DNA of 64,000 nt from a virus (lineage: Duplodnaviria > Caudoviricetes), in the IMG/VR virus record IMGVR_UViG_3300007747_000009, positions 1 to 64,000 of that record. One strand, given 5' to 3'. The notes beneath the pieces were generated by a model. The model was given only the letters and a program-made list of their open reading frames with translations. It searched no databases and was not told where the DNA came from. The translations under genes were made by a program, and so were the position numbers. Positions 1 to 9,984 of the stretch are shown piece after piece; positions within the stretch are counted from its first letter, which is position 1, and each line of letters begins with the position of its first letter.

Positions 1-423
1 GAATATATATCATCTCGCTCAATGATAACAATTACATGCCCAGAACATGGAGATTTTGAACAAAAAGCGGGTGCCCATGTTAGTGGTGCTGGGTGTGGTA
101 AATGTTGTGGTGGTGAAGCTAAATGCATCTCCCGAGATATAGATCCATATTTTGATGAATTTGAATCTGAAAAAGCATTTGAAGATTTGACTCACAAAGG
201 AAAACTTCGCTACGATAGGTATATTCCGTTCATTAATACTGTACTGGAATATGATGGAAAACAGCACTTCAATGAAAAATGTTCATGGTATAGTGAAGAA
301 GGACGTAAACGCGATAAGATCAAAACTGAGTACGCAATAAACAACGGATACAACTTCATCAGGATTGCTTACTATGAAAATCACGTTGAAGTACTGGAAG
401 AGTGCTGTTCAAATCTTAGATAA
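1..423 (+). CDS. Homing endonuclease-like protein (Zn-binding CPxHG/CxxC repeat plus Vsr/DUF559-like nuclease domain), 5' truncated
   Basis: Frame is open from base 1. CPEHG...CGKC is followed by YDxYIP..LEYDGKQHF..RDKIKTEYAINNGYNFIRI, typical of PD-(D/E)xK Vsr-like phage endonucleases. Confidence 0.7.
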   Translation, partial: EYISSRSMITITCPEHGDFEQKAGAHVSGAGCGKCCGGEAKCISRDIDPYFDEFESEKAFEDLTHKGKLRYDRYIPFINTVLEYDGKQHFNEKCSWYSEEGRKRDKIKTEYAINNGYNFIRIAYYENHVEVLEECCSNLR

Positions 424-433
424 AAAATAAAAC

Positions 434-469
434 AAAAGGGTTGACGAGAGTCAGCCCTTTTGCTATAGT
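434..469 (+). promoter_or_regulatory. Fused intrinsic terminator / sigma70 promoter
   Basis: Hairpin AAAAGGGTTGAC-gaga-GTCAGCCCTTTT contains -35 TTGACG; 17 bp to TATAGT. Confidence 0.75.
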
Positions 470-498
470 ACAGACATCAACTCAACGGAGATGAAATC

Positions 499-765
499 AT
501 GAATGTATCATTAAGTAAACACAACAACAGAACTGTTCTTAAAATCGAATCCGGCTATCGTAAAGGTGAAATCATGGAATCTTCTGAAGGGAAGATCCAG
601 TACTTCAAAGACGATCAAAATGCATTCGATTTCGCAATCAAAACCGGCTACTTTTTAGTACTGGAAGATTCCGAAAAAATCTCCAAAGAACTGTATCAGA
701 ACTTGCTGAACTCAAAATGTGACCTACCAGAGAACTGCAAAATCTATACCATCAGTGCAGTATAA
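499..765 (+). CDS. Hypothetical protein
   Basis: ORF with GGAG RBS downstream of a promoter. Confidence 0.75.
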   Translation: MNVSLSKHNNRTVLKIESGYRKGEIMESSEGKIQYFKDDQNAFDFAIKTGYFLVLEDSEKISKELYQNLLNSKCDLPENCKIYTISAV

Positions 766-777
766 CAGGAGTAATAA

Positions 778-990
778 ATGATTAAAGAAATTCTTTATCT
801 AGACCACTGTCTGACAGTTAAAGAACTAAAGGAAATCCTCAAAGATTGGCCTGAAACTCGTGCAGATGGTACACCAACCGAAGTATGGTTAAGTAATGCC
901 GCCAGTATATCAAATGAAGCCATCGAGATCAGTACACTAAATCTTGATTCAGATGATACTGCTGATATCGTTATTAGCCACGGGTGGTAA
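778..990 (+). CDS. Hypothetical protein
   Basis: AGGAG RBS; 70 aa. Confidence 0.7.
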   Translation: MIKEILYLDHCLTVKELKEILKDWPETRADGTPTEVWLSNAASISNEAIEISTLNLDSDDTADIVISHGW

Positions 991-994
991 AATA

Positions 995-1029
995 AAGGGG
1001 TTGACGAAAGTCAGCCCTTTTGCTATCAT
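995..1029 (+). promoter_or_regulatory. Fused intrinsic terminator / sigma70 promoter
   Basis: AAAGGGGTTGAC-gaaa-GTCAGCCCTTTT; TTGACG-17-TATCAT. Confidence 0.75.
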
Positions 1030-1060
1030 AGATATACACCAACCTTAAGAGAAACGAACT

Positions 1061-1393
1061 ATGAACGTATCAAGCCATTGCACTCAAAAGTACTCAACAT
1101 GGAATAGTACTGTACAAAAAACTCAGTACTGGATTAATACCATCCCTAACTCAGAACTCACCAATGGTTTGGTTAAACGCTGCCTGTCCTATGCACACCA
1201 ACGCTTAGATAAATTCCCTCTGGACTACTCCAAGGTCACACATTATAATGTGTGCAGAAACGAAGATGGATACATTACAGTATCATTCAAAGGTGAGTTC
1301 GGTGCCATAAAAGTGAATGGTATTATGATCGGTAAAGGTGGCTGGCCTTTTCTTGACCACGGCATCGATTATGATGAAAATGATTTACCTTAA
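1061..1393 (+). CDS. Hypothetical protein
   Basis: 110 aa ORF after a promoter. Confidence 0.7.
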   Translation: MNVSSHCTQKYSTWNSTVQKTQYWINTIPNSELTNGLVKRCLSYAHQRLDKFPLDYSKVTHYNVCRNEDGYITVSFKGEFGAIKVNGIMIGKGGWPFLDHGIDYDENDLP

Positions 1394-1470
1394 TTTGTGC
1401 CCAAAACCATTGACGGCTTGAATTGGATTGGGTATAATACCTGCATCGAAACAATACAGAGAAATAAATC

Positions 1471-2238
1471 ATGACACGCGAAGAAAAAAGCCTCAAAATT
1501 GCACAGAACTTCCAAATGCTCGAAGCAACTCTGGATGCAATGATGACTCCTAACACACCTATCAAAAGTGTGATTTGCGTGGGTAAAGGTGGTTGTGGTA
1601 AAACATACACAACTGAGAAAAAATTACAACACGCTCATGATCGCTGCGAAATCGACTACAAGAAGATCTCAGGCAAGATTACAACTATGGGTCTGTTCAT
1701 GGCTCTCTATGAGTCTAGACATAAACATTCAGTACTGCTACTCGATGACGTTGACGTTTTCACGAACGAAACAACATTGGACTTACTCAAATCAGTACTT
1801 GACACGTCGGACGTAAGGACTGTATCATATATCACAAGCTCTAAAGTACTCGCAGATTCAGGTGTACCACAATCATTCGACTTCTGTGGTAAAATTATCT
1901 TCCTGAGTAACAAGAACTTAACTGTAATGGCAAAGCAACAAAACGCATTGTCTCCACACATCGACGCATTACTCACGCGTAGCATCTTCATAGACTTGGA
2001 GTTGTTTACCAACGAAGAAGTAATGATCCATGTTGAAAATATTATGCGTAGTACTAATATCGTGGCTAAGTTTAATGTGAACCAACAAGGTTCTAATATG
2101 ATCTTAAACTGGATGCTCAAGAATGAATCAATCCTGAGAAATCCATCACTAAGAATGCCAGTACTGATCGCTGGTCTGTATAATTCCAATCCATTCGATT
2201 GGGAAACTATGTGCAACAACCTGTTCCTAGAAAAATAA
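1471..2238 (+). CDS. AAA+-type P-loop ATPase
   Basis: Walker A GKGGCGKT, Walker B VLLLDDVD, sensor-like IIFLSN. Own promoter TTGACG-17-TATAAT at 1411-1438. Confidence 0.8.
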   Translation: MTREEKSLKIAQNFQMLEATLDAMMTPNTPIKSVICVGKGGCGKTYTTEKKLQHAHDRCEIDYKKISGKITTMGLFMALYESRHKHSVLLLDDVDVFTNETTLDLLKSVLDTSDVRTVSYITSSKVLADSGVPQSFDFCGKIIFLSNKNLTVMAKQQNALSPHIDALLTRSIFIDLELFTNEEVMIHVENIMRSTNIVAKFNVNQQGSNMILNWMLKNESILRNPSLRMPVLIAGLYNSNPFDWETMCNNLFLEK

Positions 2239-2253
2239 TACAAGGATATCTAT

Positions 2254-2544
2254 ATGAATACAGTACTAACTATTTTATCTTTAATTTCATCAACCATCTT
2301 TGTCTTCGGATTAGTATCACTATACAAAGATACTTTCTTCACCGAATACGCAGAGATGTTTGTACACAAAAATGGATTCTTCCTTTCCGGTGTGTTTTTG
2401 CTTAATACCATTGTTGTGTGTATCGGATCTGTACTAGATGCATTCCTTATCGGACAAGTATACATCCTAACAATCTATGTAGTACTTACACTTGTACTCG
2501 TTGGTGCATATATCTATGGAACTTACAAAGGCACTCTAAAATGA
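2254..2544 (+). CDS. Small multi-pass membrane protein
   Basis: Three hydrophobic segments. Confidence 0.7.
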   Translation: MNTVLTILSLISSTIFVFGLVSLYKDTFFTEYAEMFVHKNGFFLSGVFLLNTIVVCIGSVLDAFLIGQVYILTIYVVLTLVLVGAYIYGTYKGTLK

Positions 2545-2900
2545 ATTGGGAAGCAATTTATTTCATGTACTACTTGTACACAAGTTTTACAGGTATTTTT
2601 GTAGTACTAGCTATGGGTAAGTTCTTCTGTGTGCGTAGAATATATGACCTATATGATACAATAAACAAATTTACTGACAATGCCCTTCCATTTATTGTAT
2701 CATTTAGTACTACATGTTCAGTACTTTCCGGTATTTTTATATATTTCAAATGGGAGTTTTTAGTACTTACTTTTTGTATAGCAATGGCACTTACGTTTTT
2801 AGTGTTTGTAGTATATTCTATCGTGGGTATCTTAATCGGAGCATCTTATGCTTTATCAGAATGGCATAAGCGTATTAAAAAACTAAAGAATATGAGGTAA
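2541..2900 (+). CDS. Small multi-pass membrane protein (paralog of 2903-3271)
   Basis: Start re-set to MNWEAIY. Shares GKFFxVxxxxDLxDT with the next gene. Confidence 0.7.
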   Translation: MNWEAIYFMYYLYTSFTGIFVVLAMGKFFCVRRIYDLYDTINKFTDNALPFIVSFSTTCSVLSGIFIYFKWEFLVLTFCIAMALTFLVFVVYSIVGILIGASYALSEWHKRIKKLKNMR

Positions 2901-2902
2901 CT

Positions 2903-3271
2903 ATGGATTCAGATATCAAGTACTACATAGAGATATGCTTTTATATCTTCTCATCAATCAATGTCCTAATGGTACTACTAGGTTTAGGAAAGTTCTTCTA
3001 CGTTAAAGTACTTAACGATTTGTTTGATACTCTTGATGAAACATTTGACTATACATTGACCAAGGTAATCGTAGGATTTGGTTTACTAAATGTATTAATT
3101 GCTTTTGGTCTTGCTTTTGACTGGAGAATAGTACAGTTTATCGGTATGATTATAATGACATTCGCAAATGTTCTTTTAATTATATTCTTGAGTATTCCAT
3201 TGTTTTCAGTAATTACTGAAAAACTAGATGAAATACATCATAATATCAAATGCAAAAAAACACAACGCTAA
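2903..3271 (+). CDS. Small multi-pass membrane protein
   Basis: Hydrophobic segments; GKFFYVKVLNDLFDT. Confidence 0.7.
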   Translation: MDSDIKYYIEICFYIFSSINVLMVLLGLGKFFYVKVLNDLFDTLDETFDYTLTKVIVGFGLLNVLIAFGLAFDWRIVQFIGMIIMTFANVLLIIFLSIPLFSVITEKLDEIHHNIKCKKTQR

Positions 3272-3280
3272 GGATCAATT

Positions 3281-3604
3281 ATGTGGTATACTACTGTAGG
3301 TGAATATGGTCTATATGCAGTACTAGCATTTACATTGTACTGTATTATCTCATGGTACTTTAACTATTCATTGCACCAACGCATATTAGATTTGTTCCCA
3401 TCATTTTTTATTACATTGTGGTTTGTTACTGGTGTATCGGCTATTGGAAGTCTAGCTGTTGCTGGTGAAGATGGACCAACGTTGGTACAATTATATAATA
3501 TATTGTCTTGTGGTTTTATTCTACCAATTAGTGTGTTGGTATTCACTTTAGCTGGGATGTATCGCGAGAAGTATATTTTACCTAAAAGTATGGAAGACGA
3601 ATGA
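3281..3604 (+). CDS. Small multi-pass membrane protein
   Basis: Three hydrophobic segments; AAGGA RBS. Confidence 0.7.
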   Translation: MWYTTVGEYGLYAVLAFTLYCIISWYFNYSLHQRILDLFPSFFITLWFVTGVSAIGSLAVAGEDGPTLVQLYNILSCGFILPISVLVFTLAGMYREKYILPKSMEDE

Positions 3605-3729
3605 AACCAGAACAATGGGTTATTGAAGATATTAGATCAATGCGGAGTACTAAAGAACGTACTCCAATTCAAGAATCATACCTAGAACTTCTCTTGTGGT
3701 ATGTCAAAGTGCTTAACGAAAAGGAATAA
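3601..3729 (+). CDS. Small hypothetical protein (42 aa)
   Basis: ATGA overlap with the upstream stop; fills the gap (MKPEQWVIEDIR...). Confidence 0.5.
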   Translation: MKPEQWVIEDIRSMRSTKERTPIQESYLELLLWYVKVLNEKE

Positions 3730-3731
3730 GA

Positions 3732-4070
3732 ATGTTTAATCTATTAGCTAATATTACAACATGTTTAGTTCTAACTATAACTTCTGTTGTATTTCTCGAT
3801 TACTTCTTTGGTACTGAAAAGTTTAAATTCATCCGCAAGTACATGACCAATAATTATATTAGTGTATTAGTTCTTGTGTGGTTGGGTATCGGAGTACTAG
3901 CAAATGTTTGTGGTTATATATTTGATAATGAAATATTTGTAAACTTGGGAACCTTTTATATTTGTAGTACTTTGTTCAGTATCTGGGTGTACTTCACTGG
4001 ACTATACATTGTAAAAGGAACCATCAACTTCAGACAGTACTGCTTGGATAAAAGAAAAAAGCCCCGTTAA
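3732..4070 (+). CDS. Small multi-pass membrane protein
   Basis: Three hydrophobic segments; AAGGA RBS. Confidence 0.7.
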   Translation: MFNLLANITTCLVLTITSVVFLDYFFGTEKFKFIRKYMTNNYISVLVLVWLGIGVLANVCGYIFDNEIFVNLGTFYICSTLFSIWVYFTGLYIVKGTINFRQYCLDKRKKPR

Positions 4071-4082
4071 GGGGCTTTTCTT
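4055..4082. terminator. Bidirectional intrinsic terminator between convergent blocks
   Basis: AAAAGCCCC-gttaa-GGGGCTTTT with A and T tracts on either side. Confidence 0.8.
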
Positions 4083-4088
4083 ATCAAT

Positions 4089-5396
4089 TTATAAAAAATT
4101 AACTTCAGTGAATGTTGTATATATAGTCCCATTTATTAGACCGCGTACATAAAATTTACCATCAGTTCCTATTACCAATAAACCCCTCACATTACTCGTT
4201 GGGTTAGTATTATATAGTTGACTGAGGTATATTATATCTTGTACTTCAATACCAATATCCTCTCTGAAAAAATAGGTATTAGATGTTAATGGAGTTATTG
4301 ATGGATCACAATATGTACCGTGTGCCGTGAATATCTCAGATGTTCCCTTCACAAATATAACTGAACCACCATAACTCATTCTTATCCTTGTACTGCTATT
4401 AACATATTTGGTTGATGTGAACGGAATATTTGTAGTACCACCAATCTCTCTGTACGATAACGTTGTGTTGAAAAAACCACCTGTGGTATTGATATTACCA
4501 TAGCCAGCACTCGCCATACCCATGTTATACGTCGTGTATGCCGCTCCACCAAGAAGATATATGTCGGTATTAGTACTGTATATCGCACCCTCTGTATTAG
4601 CAGAGAACGCGTATATAGGCGTGTTAACCGCTACTTGTGTCCATGCAGTTACGAACTCTGCCAACGCAGGACTCCTAATCCCACTCCTGACGTTATAACC
4701 CCTAGCCCAAACGCTTCCATTACTTTTTAATGCATAAAGAACACAGCGAGATATCTTACTACTATTATGTGTCATATAAGGTGTACACCTCAATGAGGCA
4801 ACGCCGGTTATACCTACTTGAGTAAATGAAGTATATACCGTCGCCGCACCTGATGAGTTTATCAATAACTGATCATTATAACCCATGCCATAAACAACAC
4901 CACTTGAACTTAATACAAATAATGAACATTCTTGTGCTCTTGTTTGTACTTGGATATTATCTGGATAGTTCCCTGCACAAGCAACATCAAGTATATCAAC
5001 CCCAACTGTCCCAAAATATGATGTTACATCTATCCAACCAGATGTTATATAAGGTGTAGTAGATGGACTGTTAGGACAGAATATACCATCTAAATATTTC
5101 CCCCTATATAACATTGTACCACCAACCGTCCTAACTAATATCCCATTCATAATTAACCAAAAATTATCAACATTATCTAAACTAAATGATATTGAATTTT
5201 GATTAGATATAGAAATACCAAAAATACTATCAATATTTTGACCAAAGCCATACAATTTACCAGTACTCATCAGTACTGCACCGAAGTAATTGCCATTACT
5301 ATTACTATTTTTTAATGCTCCAGTAAAATCCATCTTCTTGAATTCAGGAAGAGGTAATTTATTACCATATTTGTTTATTATAGGAAATGGTATCAT
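4089..5396 (-). CDS. MIPF-family RCC1/BLIP-II-like beta-propeller protein, putative virion protein
   Basis: N-terminal MIPFPIINKYGN; repeated G-x-(L/V)-(Y/W)-x-x-G-x-N units. Confidence 0.7.
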   Translation of the reverse strand: MIPFPIINKYGNKLPLPEFKKMDFTGALKNSNSNGNYFGAVLMSTGKLYGFGQNIDSIFGISISNQNSISFSLDNVDNFWLIMNGILVRTVGGTMLYRGKYLDGIFCPNSPSTTPYITSGWIDVTSYFGTVGVDILDVACAGNYPDNIQVQTRAQECSLFVLSSSGVVYGMGYNDQLLINSSGAATVYTSFTQVGITGVASLRCTPYMTHNSSKISRCVLYALKSNGSVWARGYNVRSGIRSPALAEFVTAWTQVAVNTPIYAFSANTEGAIYSTNTDIYLLGGAAYTTYNMGMASAGYGNINTTGGFFNTTLSYREIGGTTNIPFTSTKYVNSSTRIRMSYGGSVIFVKGTSEIFTAHGTYCDPSITPLTSNTYFFREDIGIEVQDIIYLSQLYNTNPTSNVRGLLVIGTDGKFYVRGLINGTIYTTFTEVNFL

Positions 5397-5408
5397 TTCT
5401 CTTTATCC

Positions 5409-6584
5409 TTATGTTCTTGGATCATCTAATGTGAATATATTTGAAGCTGGGCCACCATAAGTAGTTACTAAACCTGTACTATATACAAAATTACCATCAG
5501 TTAAAAATGTCCTACTTTGTATTGTAGTTATATATAAACTACTCATGTCTGTTAAACCACTAGGTAATGTACATGCAGTGTAGTTTAACGCGTTAGTCGA
5601 TGAACCAATACCTAATTTACCTGCGTAAGTTGTAGCACCACTATTATAACCCGCAGCATATACACCAGAAGATGTAATGACGTGCTGTGAATAATAACAA
5701 TATCCATAACTATGCCCCAGTACTGTACCCACTGGAGCGGGAGACTGAACAGCAAATGCCTTGATGTTTGAAACAGTACCATCTATGCCATTTGCCATTT
5801 GACCAAAAATCTGTGAACCACCACTCCATATAGTATTAACACCAGCACTCGTCTTGACCACTCCAAGAGCTAATCCGACCCCTGAGTTAGAATAACTCTG
5901 CACTGTACTAGAAGCTGGAACAGTACTCAAAGTATATACAGTGTAACTGGTCTGAGTCGTATTGCCGATTACCGCATTCACTCCCCCAGTATAATACAAT
6001 TTACCTAACGTACTAATGAATGATTGCATCGTATTTTCACTGTGAATACGATCAGGTATTACACCCACTGGAATAGTAGCTGTCCTAAACGCTCCCAAAA
6101 CGTTATTTGTTGTTGTACCATCACCCAACTGACCTAAAGAACCAGCACCAGCAGTTCTAATAGTATTGTCACTGCATAAAACACTTATACTATTTAACGC
6201 CAACGATATCTGCTTTATGCTTACCCCAGTACTCGTTATGGTGTTAAATAATGAACTACAATCAGTCCATGTATTAACTGATGCGGCCTGAAATCCTATA
6301 CCTACTCCATTTCCAGTGAATTGATAACTTCCATTCTTCTTTAATACAATTATAGAAGTTCCACCAACCCACATATCACTAACATCTGTTGTACTCAATG
6401 TCCATACCGTCCGTACCGTATTATCTCCTACACCCAATTGCCCAACTGAATTAAGTCCACGAGTATATACATAACCATTACTCATCAGTACTGCTACAAA
6501 GTTATTACCGCATCTAATTTTCTGGATAGCTTTCGGTACTGGTGCCTTGTTATTGTGTTTTAAAATCCTTACAAATGGTATCAT
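5409..6584 (-). CDS. MIPF-family RCC1/BLIP-II-like repeat protein
   Basis: GLNSVGQLGVGD and GQLGDGT RCC1 repeats. Confidence 0.8.
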   Translation of the reverse strand: MIPFVRILKHNNKAPVPKAIQKIRCGNNFVAVLMSNGYVYTRGLNSVGQLGVGDNTVRTVWTLSTTDVSDMWVGGTSIIVLKKNGSYQFTGNGVGIGFQAASVNTWTDCSSLFNTITSTGVSIKQISLALNSISVLCSDNTIRTAGAGSLGQLGDGTTTNNVLGAFRTATIPVGVIPDRIHSENTMQSFISTLGKLYYTGGVNAVIGNTTQTSYTVYTLSTVPASSTVQSYSNSGVGLALGVVKTSAGVNTIWSGGSQIFGQMANGIDGTVSNIKAFAVQSPAPVGTVLGHSYGYCYYSQHVITSSGVYAAGYNSGATTYAGKLGIGSSTNALNYTACTLPSGLTDMSSLYITTIQSRTFLTDGNFVYSTGLVTTYGGPASNIFTLDDPRT

Positions 6585-6595
6585 ACCCTTCCTCC

Positions 6596-7732
6596 TTATT
6601 TCGGTAATGCCAACGGCTGCAATGTAGTTACATTTGAACTAAATCCTAACACAGTCGCTAATGCTCCACACGCATATACCGTATCTTTATTATTAACAAA
6701 CGCTACTATTGAATTACACGCCATTAAATCACTGTACGTATTTAAGTACTGACCAGAATTTAACATCTTTACAAAACCTGCCTGTACTGCTAAACTGCCT
6801 ACTCCACTCTCACCATATACGGTGTTCTGACCTGCGTAATAAAATCCATCTTCACATACTATTAACTTCGAAAAGTTATTTCCAAATGTTATATTATAAC
6901 ACTTATCAGCAAATCTAACAAATGGTGATGTCAATGTCTTTGGATTGCTAAAACTATATTGACCGGGTGTTGCAGATGTACCACTTCCAGCTAATGCGTT
7001 ATTAGAATTTGTACCTGCACCATAATATGTAAGTCTATCAGTGAAAACCATATTAGATGATGTATTAATATATGAAGCAATCGTAGAAGAGGGACTCGTA
7101 ACCTTAGTTAATGGAATGCCCGCATTAATCGAAACATTTCCTACACCAGCACATCCATTAGAGTTATAACCTTGGAAATAATAATCAGTACCCTTTCGTA
7201 CCGTATAACAGTAATTGCCTATAACTACACTATCTACTCCGTCAGTCATTAACTTAAATACTGTACTAGGTGAAGATATCTCGTTAAAATTATTTGTACC
7301 AATAACAAATAATTGCTTGTTCGTGTCCAATGCATATAATGTTCCTCCCCTACCTACATAAAAATTTAATATAGCATATGTACTCGGAATACCCGCAACC
7401 TTTGCACTGCAATCAGTAAATGTACTCAATGTTCCTGAACTGCCAATCGTCGCACCTATACCACTGAACTTATAAGTCCCATCATTTAATAATAATAATG
7501 TCCCGCAACCTCCACTCCAAAATTTATCAACTCCCTCAGCAATTAATATCCACGAAGTCTGTCTCGTGTTATTTCCTAGACCGAACTGTGAATATGTCTG
7601 CTGACCCCTAGCATATAACTCTCCAGTACTGTATAATATATACATGTTCTGATCAGCCATGTCCAATTTCTTTATCTTAGGTAGTACTGGTGCACTATTC
7701 CCATATACCCCTATCCTTGCAAATGGTATCAT
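6596..7732 (-). CDS. MIPF-family RCC1/BLIP-II-like repeat protein
   Basis: GELYARGQQTYSQFGLG and related repeats. Confidence 0.75.
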   Translation of the reverse strand: MIPFARIGVYGNSAPVLPKIKKLDMADQNMYILYSTGELYARGQQTYSQFGLGNNTRQTSWILIAEGVDKFWSGGCGTLLLLNDGTYKFSGIGATIGSSGTLSTFTDCSAKVAGIPSTYAILNFYVGRGGTLYALDTNKQLFVIGTNNFNEISSPSTVFKLMTDGVDSVVIGNYCYTVRKGTDYYFQGYNSNGCAGVGNVSINAGIPLTKVTSPSSTIASYINTSSNMVFTDRLTYYGAGTNSNNALAGSGTSATPGQYSFSNPKTLTSPFVRFADKCYNITFGNNFSKLIVCEDGFYYAGQNTVYGESGVGSLAVQAGFVKMLNSGQYLNTYSDLMACNSIVAFVNNKDTVYACGALATVLGFSSNVTTLQPLALPK

Positions 7733-8862
7733 ATTACCCCCGTTATTGCTAATCTACTTATTGTTTGTACCGTTTCCGTGAAATCCGGTAATAATCCCGC
7801 ATAGGTATTGTCCTGTCGTCCAACACCATATAATACATTACTCTTAACATTATATGTCCTTATATCTCCGTGTGCTACACTTGTACTTCCTAATAAATCA
7901 GGAACTGCTGTCCATGTCGCAATCACAGATGCAGAAGATCCAGTACCCAATGAATACGTATTCGCACCAGTACAATACCATGTACCATCGGCAACCCTCA
8001 TATGTACTAACTGCGATCTAGTACTTATCTCAACCGGTATCAGTGTGCTCGCCTTTGCGTAAGTCTGAGGATTGCCATTAATTGCACCATTACCCCATAC
8101 ACCACTTACGTTGGAACCACTGCAATATAATCCATCTGCCTTACCAAAATAACTCGTTAGATTACCCGCCGCAACAAATGTTATAGCAGCCGCTGCTGGA
8201 ACAACCTGATAAAATGTACTCTTGTTCGCAGTAGAACTCGAATCATTTAACTGATACGACGAATTTAATCCAGTTCCCATCACCGCACCAGTACTCAATA
8301 ACAAATATATATTAGAACCATTAGGATTCGTCACCGCCTGTAATATATTTGTATATTGAGTTATCTCTGTCAATGTACTTAAGTTATTAGTATTTCCTAA
8401 TCCCAACTGACCATAAAAATTATACCCACTCCTATATACGCGGTTACTCGTTGTCTGTACAACAAAGGTATAATCACCCAAGGATATATTTAAATATGCA
8501 GAATCTAATGCACTAAAATTTGTACTGATATTAACAAACGAACCACCAGAGGTCGCATTCGTTCCAGTAAATGGATATGCCCTCCCAGTATACCACCATG
8601 TACCATCGTTCTTTATTATTAATGTAGTAAATGTCCCACTGCACCAAACATCCTGTACCTCAGTATTAACCAACACCCAACGATCAGTTACGTTAACCGT
8701 ATTACCAGTACCCAATTGTCCCTCTACGTTTCTACCTCTACTGTATAAATTACCACTAGTAGTTAATATAACTACATATTTGTCTCCAGCTTGAACCTTT
8801 TTTATTATATCTGTCCTAGCTAACGTATTCCCATATACCCCTATTCTCGAAAATGGTATCAT
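7729..8862 (-). CDS. MIPF-family RCC1/BLIP-II-like repeat protein
   Basis: GRNVEGQLGTGN, GYNFYGQLGLGN. Confidence 0.8.
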   Translation of the reverse strand: MIPFSRIGVYGNTLARTDIIKKVQAGDKYVVILTTSGNLYSRGRNVEGQLGTGNTVNVTDRWVLVNTEVQDVWCSGTFTTLIIKNDGTWWYTGRAYPFTGTNATSGGSFVNISTNFSALDSAYLNISLGDYTFVVQTTSNRVYRSGYNFYGQLGLGNTNNLSTLTEITQYTNILQAVTNPNGSNIYLLLSTGAVMGTGLNSSYQLNDSSSTANKSTFYQVVPAAAAITFVAAGNLTSYFGKADGLYCSGSNVSGVWGNGAINGNPQTYAKASTLIPVEISTRSQLVHMRVADGTWYCTGANTYSLGTGSSASVIATWTAVPDLLGSTSVAHGDIRTYNVKSNVLYGVGRQDNTYAGLLPDFTETVQTISRLAITGVI

Positions 8863-9974
8863 AATCCTAACCCCAATTTCTGCATCCCCGTCACAGCCCC
8901 TGTATAGTAAGGCAATAACACAGAACCACTACCTATCCCACTACCATATACGTCCTTATCCAGTACACCATATAGTACCCTATAGCCGAACTGGATATCC
9001 TCTATCTTTATACCTATGTCCTTTATATACGAACTCGGAACCAATGTAGGTGTAGATACGTTTTCTGTACTCGTGCCACTCAAACTGTTCTGACCTGTTA
9101 TGTAATAATTACCTGAACTGTATATCATGCACGAATAATTATTAGCAACAAATCCAGTAATAGTACCCGGAATATTGCGTCTAGCTAAACCTACATTCGT
9201 GTTAGCATTTATACCATTACCCAATTGTCCACTGAAACTCGTACCACCTGTATATAACCCATCACTCTTAAGTACATATATACTCAAATGTCCCATCTGT
9301 AAATCAATCGCACCAGCAGCATTAGGTGCTTCAGTAAACACATTAGGTCTAGCCGGTGAAGTAAATCCTAACTGATAATTACTGTTCTCCCCACAACCAT
9401 ACACAGAACCATCATTCTTCAAAATCGTAGTACTATCACCCGTAATTGTACCAACCACCTTCTTAACATCAGTAGCTAGTAATCGAAATGATTGTACCGG
9501 TGTAGTATTCCCTGTACCCAATGAACCATTGTTATTATATCCCATACCATATAAATTAGAACTACCATCTATGTAAAATATATTATAACCCGTTAATGTA
9601 AGGGAAGAACGATAAGTACTAGCAGATCCCAACAAAGATGTACAATCAGTAAATCCATATACCGCACCATTATTAGTACCCAAAAATAAATCCCTACCCG
9701 TGTACATAAATGTACCATCAGTCTTGGATATCAATGCAGTTAACTGATTATTAACCCATATGTCTGATACGTTTGTCTGTACTAATGTCCACCTAGATAA
9801 CTGTGTCACCGTACTAGGTAATCCACATACACCATTAGCATTACTACCTATAGCATATAAATTACCATCATGATTTAATAGATACATGTTGTTAAACATT
9901 GTAACGAACTTCTTTAATCCCTCTATAATCGGTATCTTATTACCGTATACCCCTATCCTTGCAAATGGTATCAT
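8859..9974 (-). CDS. MIPF-family RCC1/BLIP-II-like repeat protein
   Basis: Start re-set to MIPFARIG (9974, GGGAGAGAG RBS); DGSVYGCGENSNYQLG. Confidence 0.8.
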   Translation of the reverse strand: MIPFARIGVYGNKIPIIEGLKKFVTMFNNMYLLNHDGNLYAIGSNANGVCGLPSTVTQLSRWTLVQTNVSDIWVNNQLTALISKTDGTFMYTGRDLFLGTNNGAVYGFTDCTSLLGSASTYRSSLTLTGYNIFYIDGSSNLYGMGYNNNGSLGTGNTTPVQSFRLLATDVKKVVGTITGDSTTILKNDGSVYGCGENSNYQLGFTSPARPNVFTEAPNAAGAIDLQMGHLSIYVLKSDGLYTGGTSFSGQLGNGINANTNVGLARRNIPGTITGFVANNYSCMIYSSGNYYITGQNSLSGTSTENVSTPTLVPSSYIKDIGIKIEDIQFGYRVLYGVLDKDVYGSGIGSGSVLLPYYTGAVTGMQKLGLGL

Positions 9975-9984
9975 CTCTCTCCCC

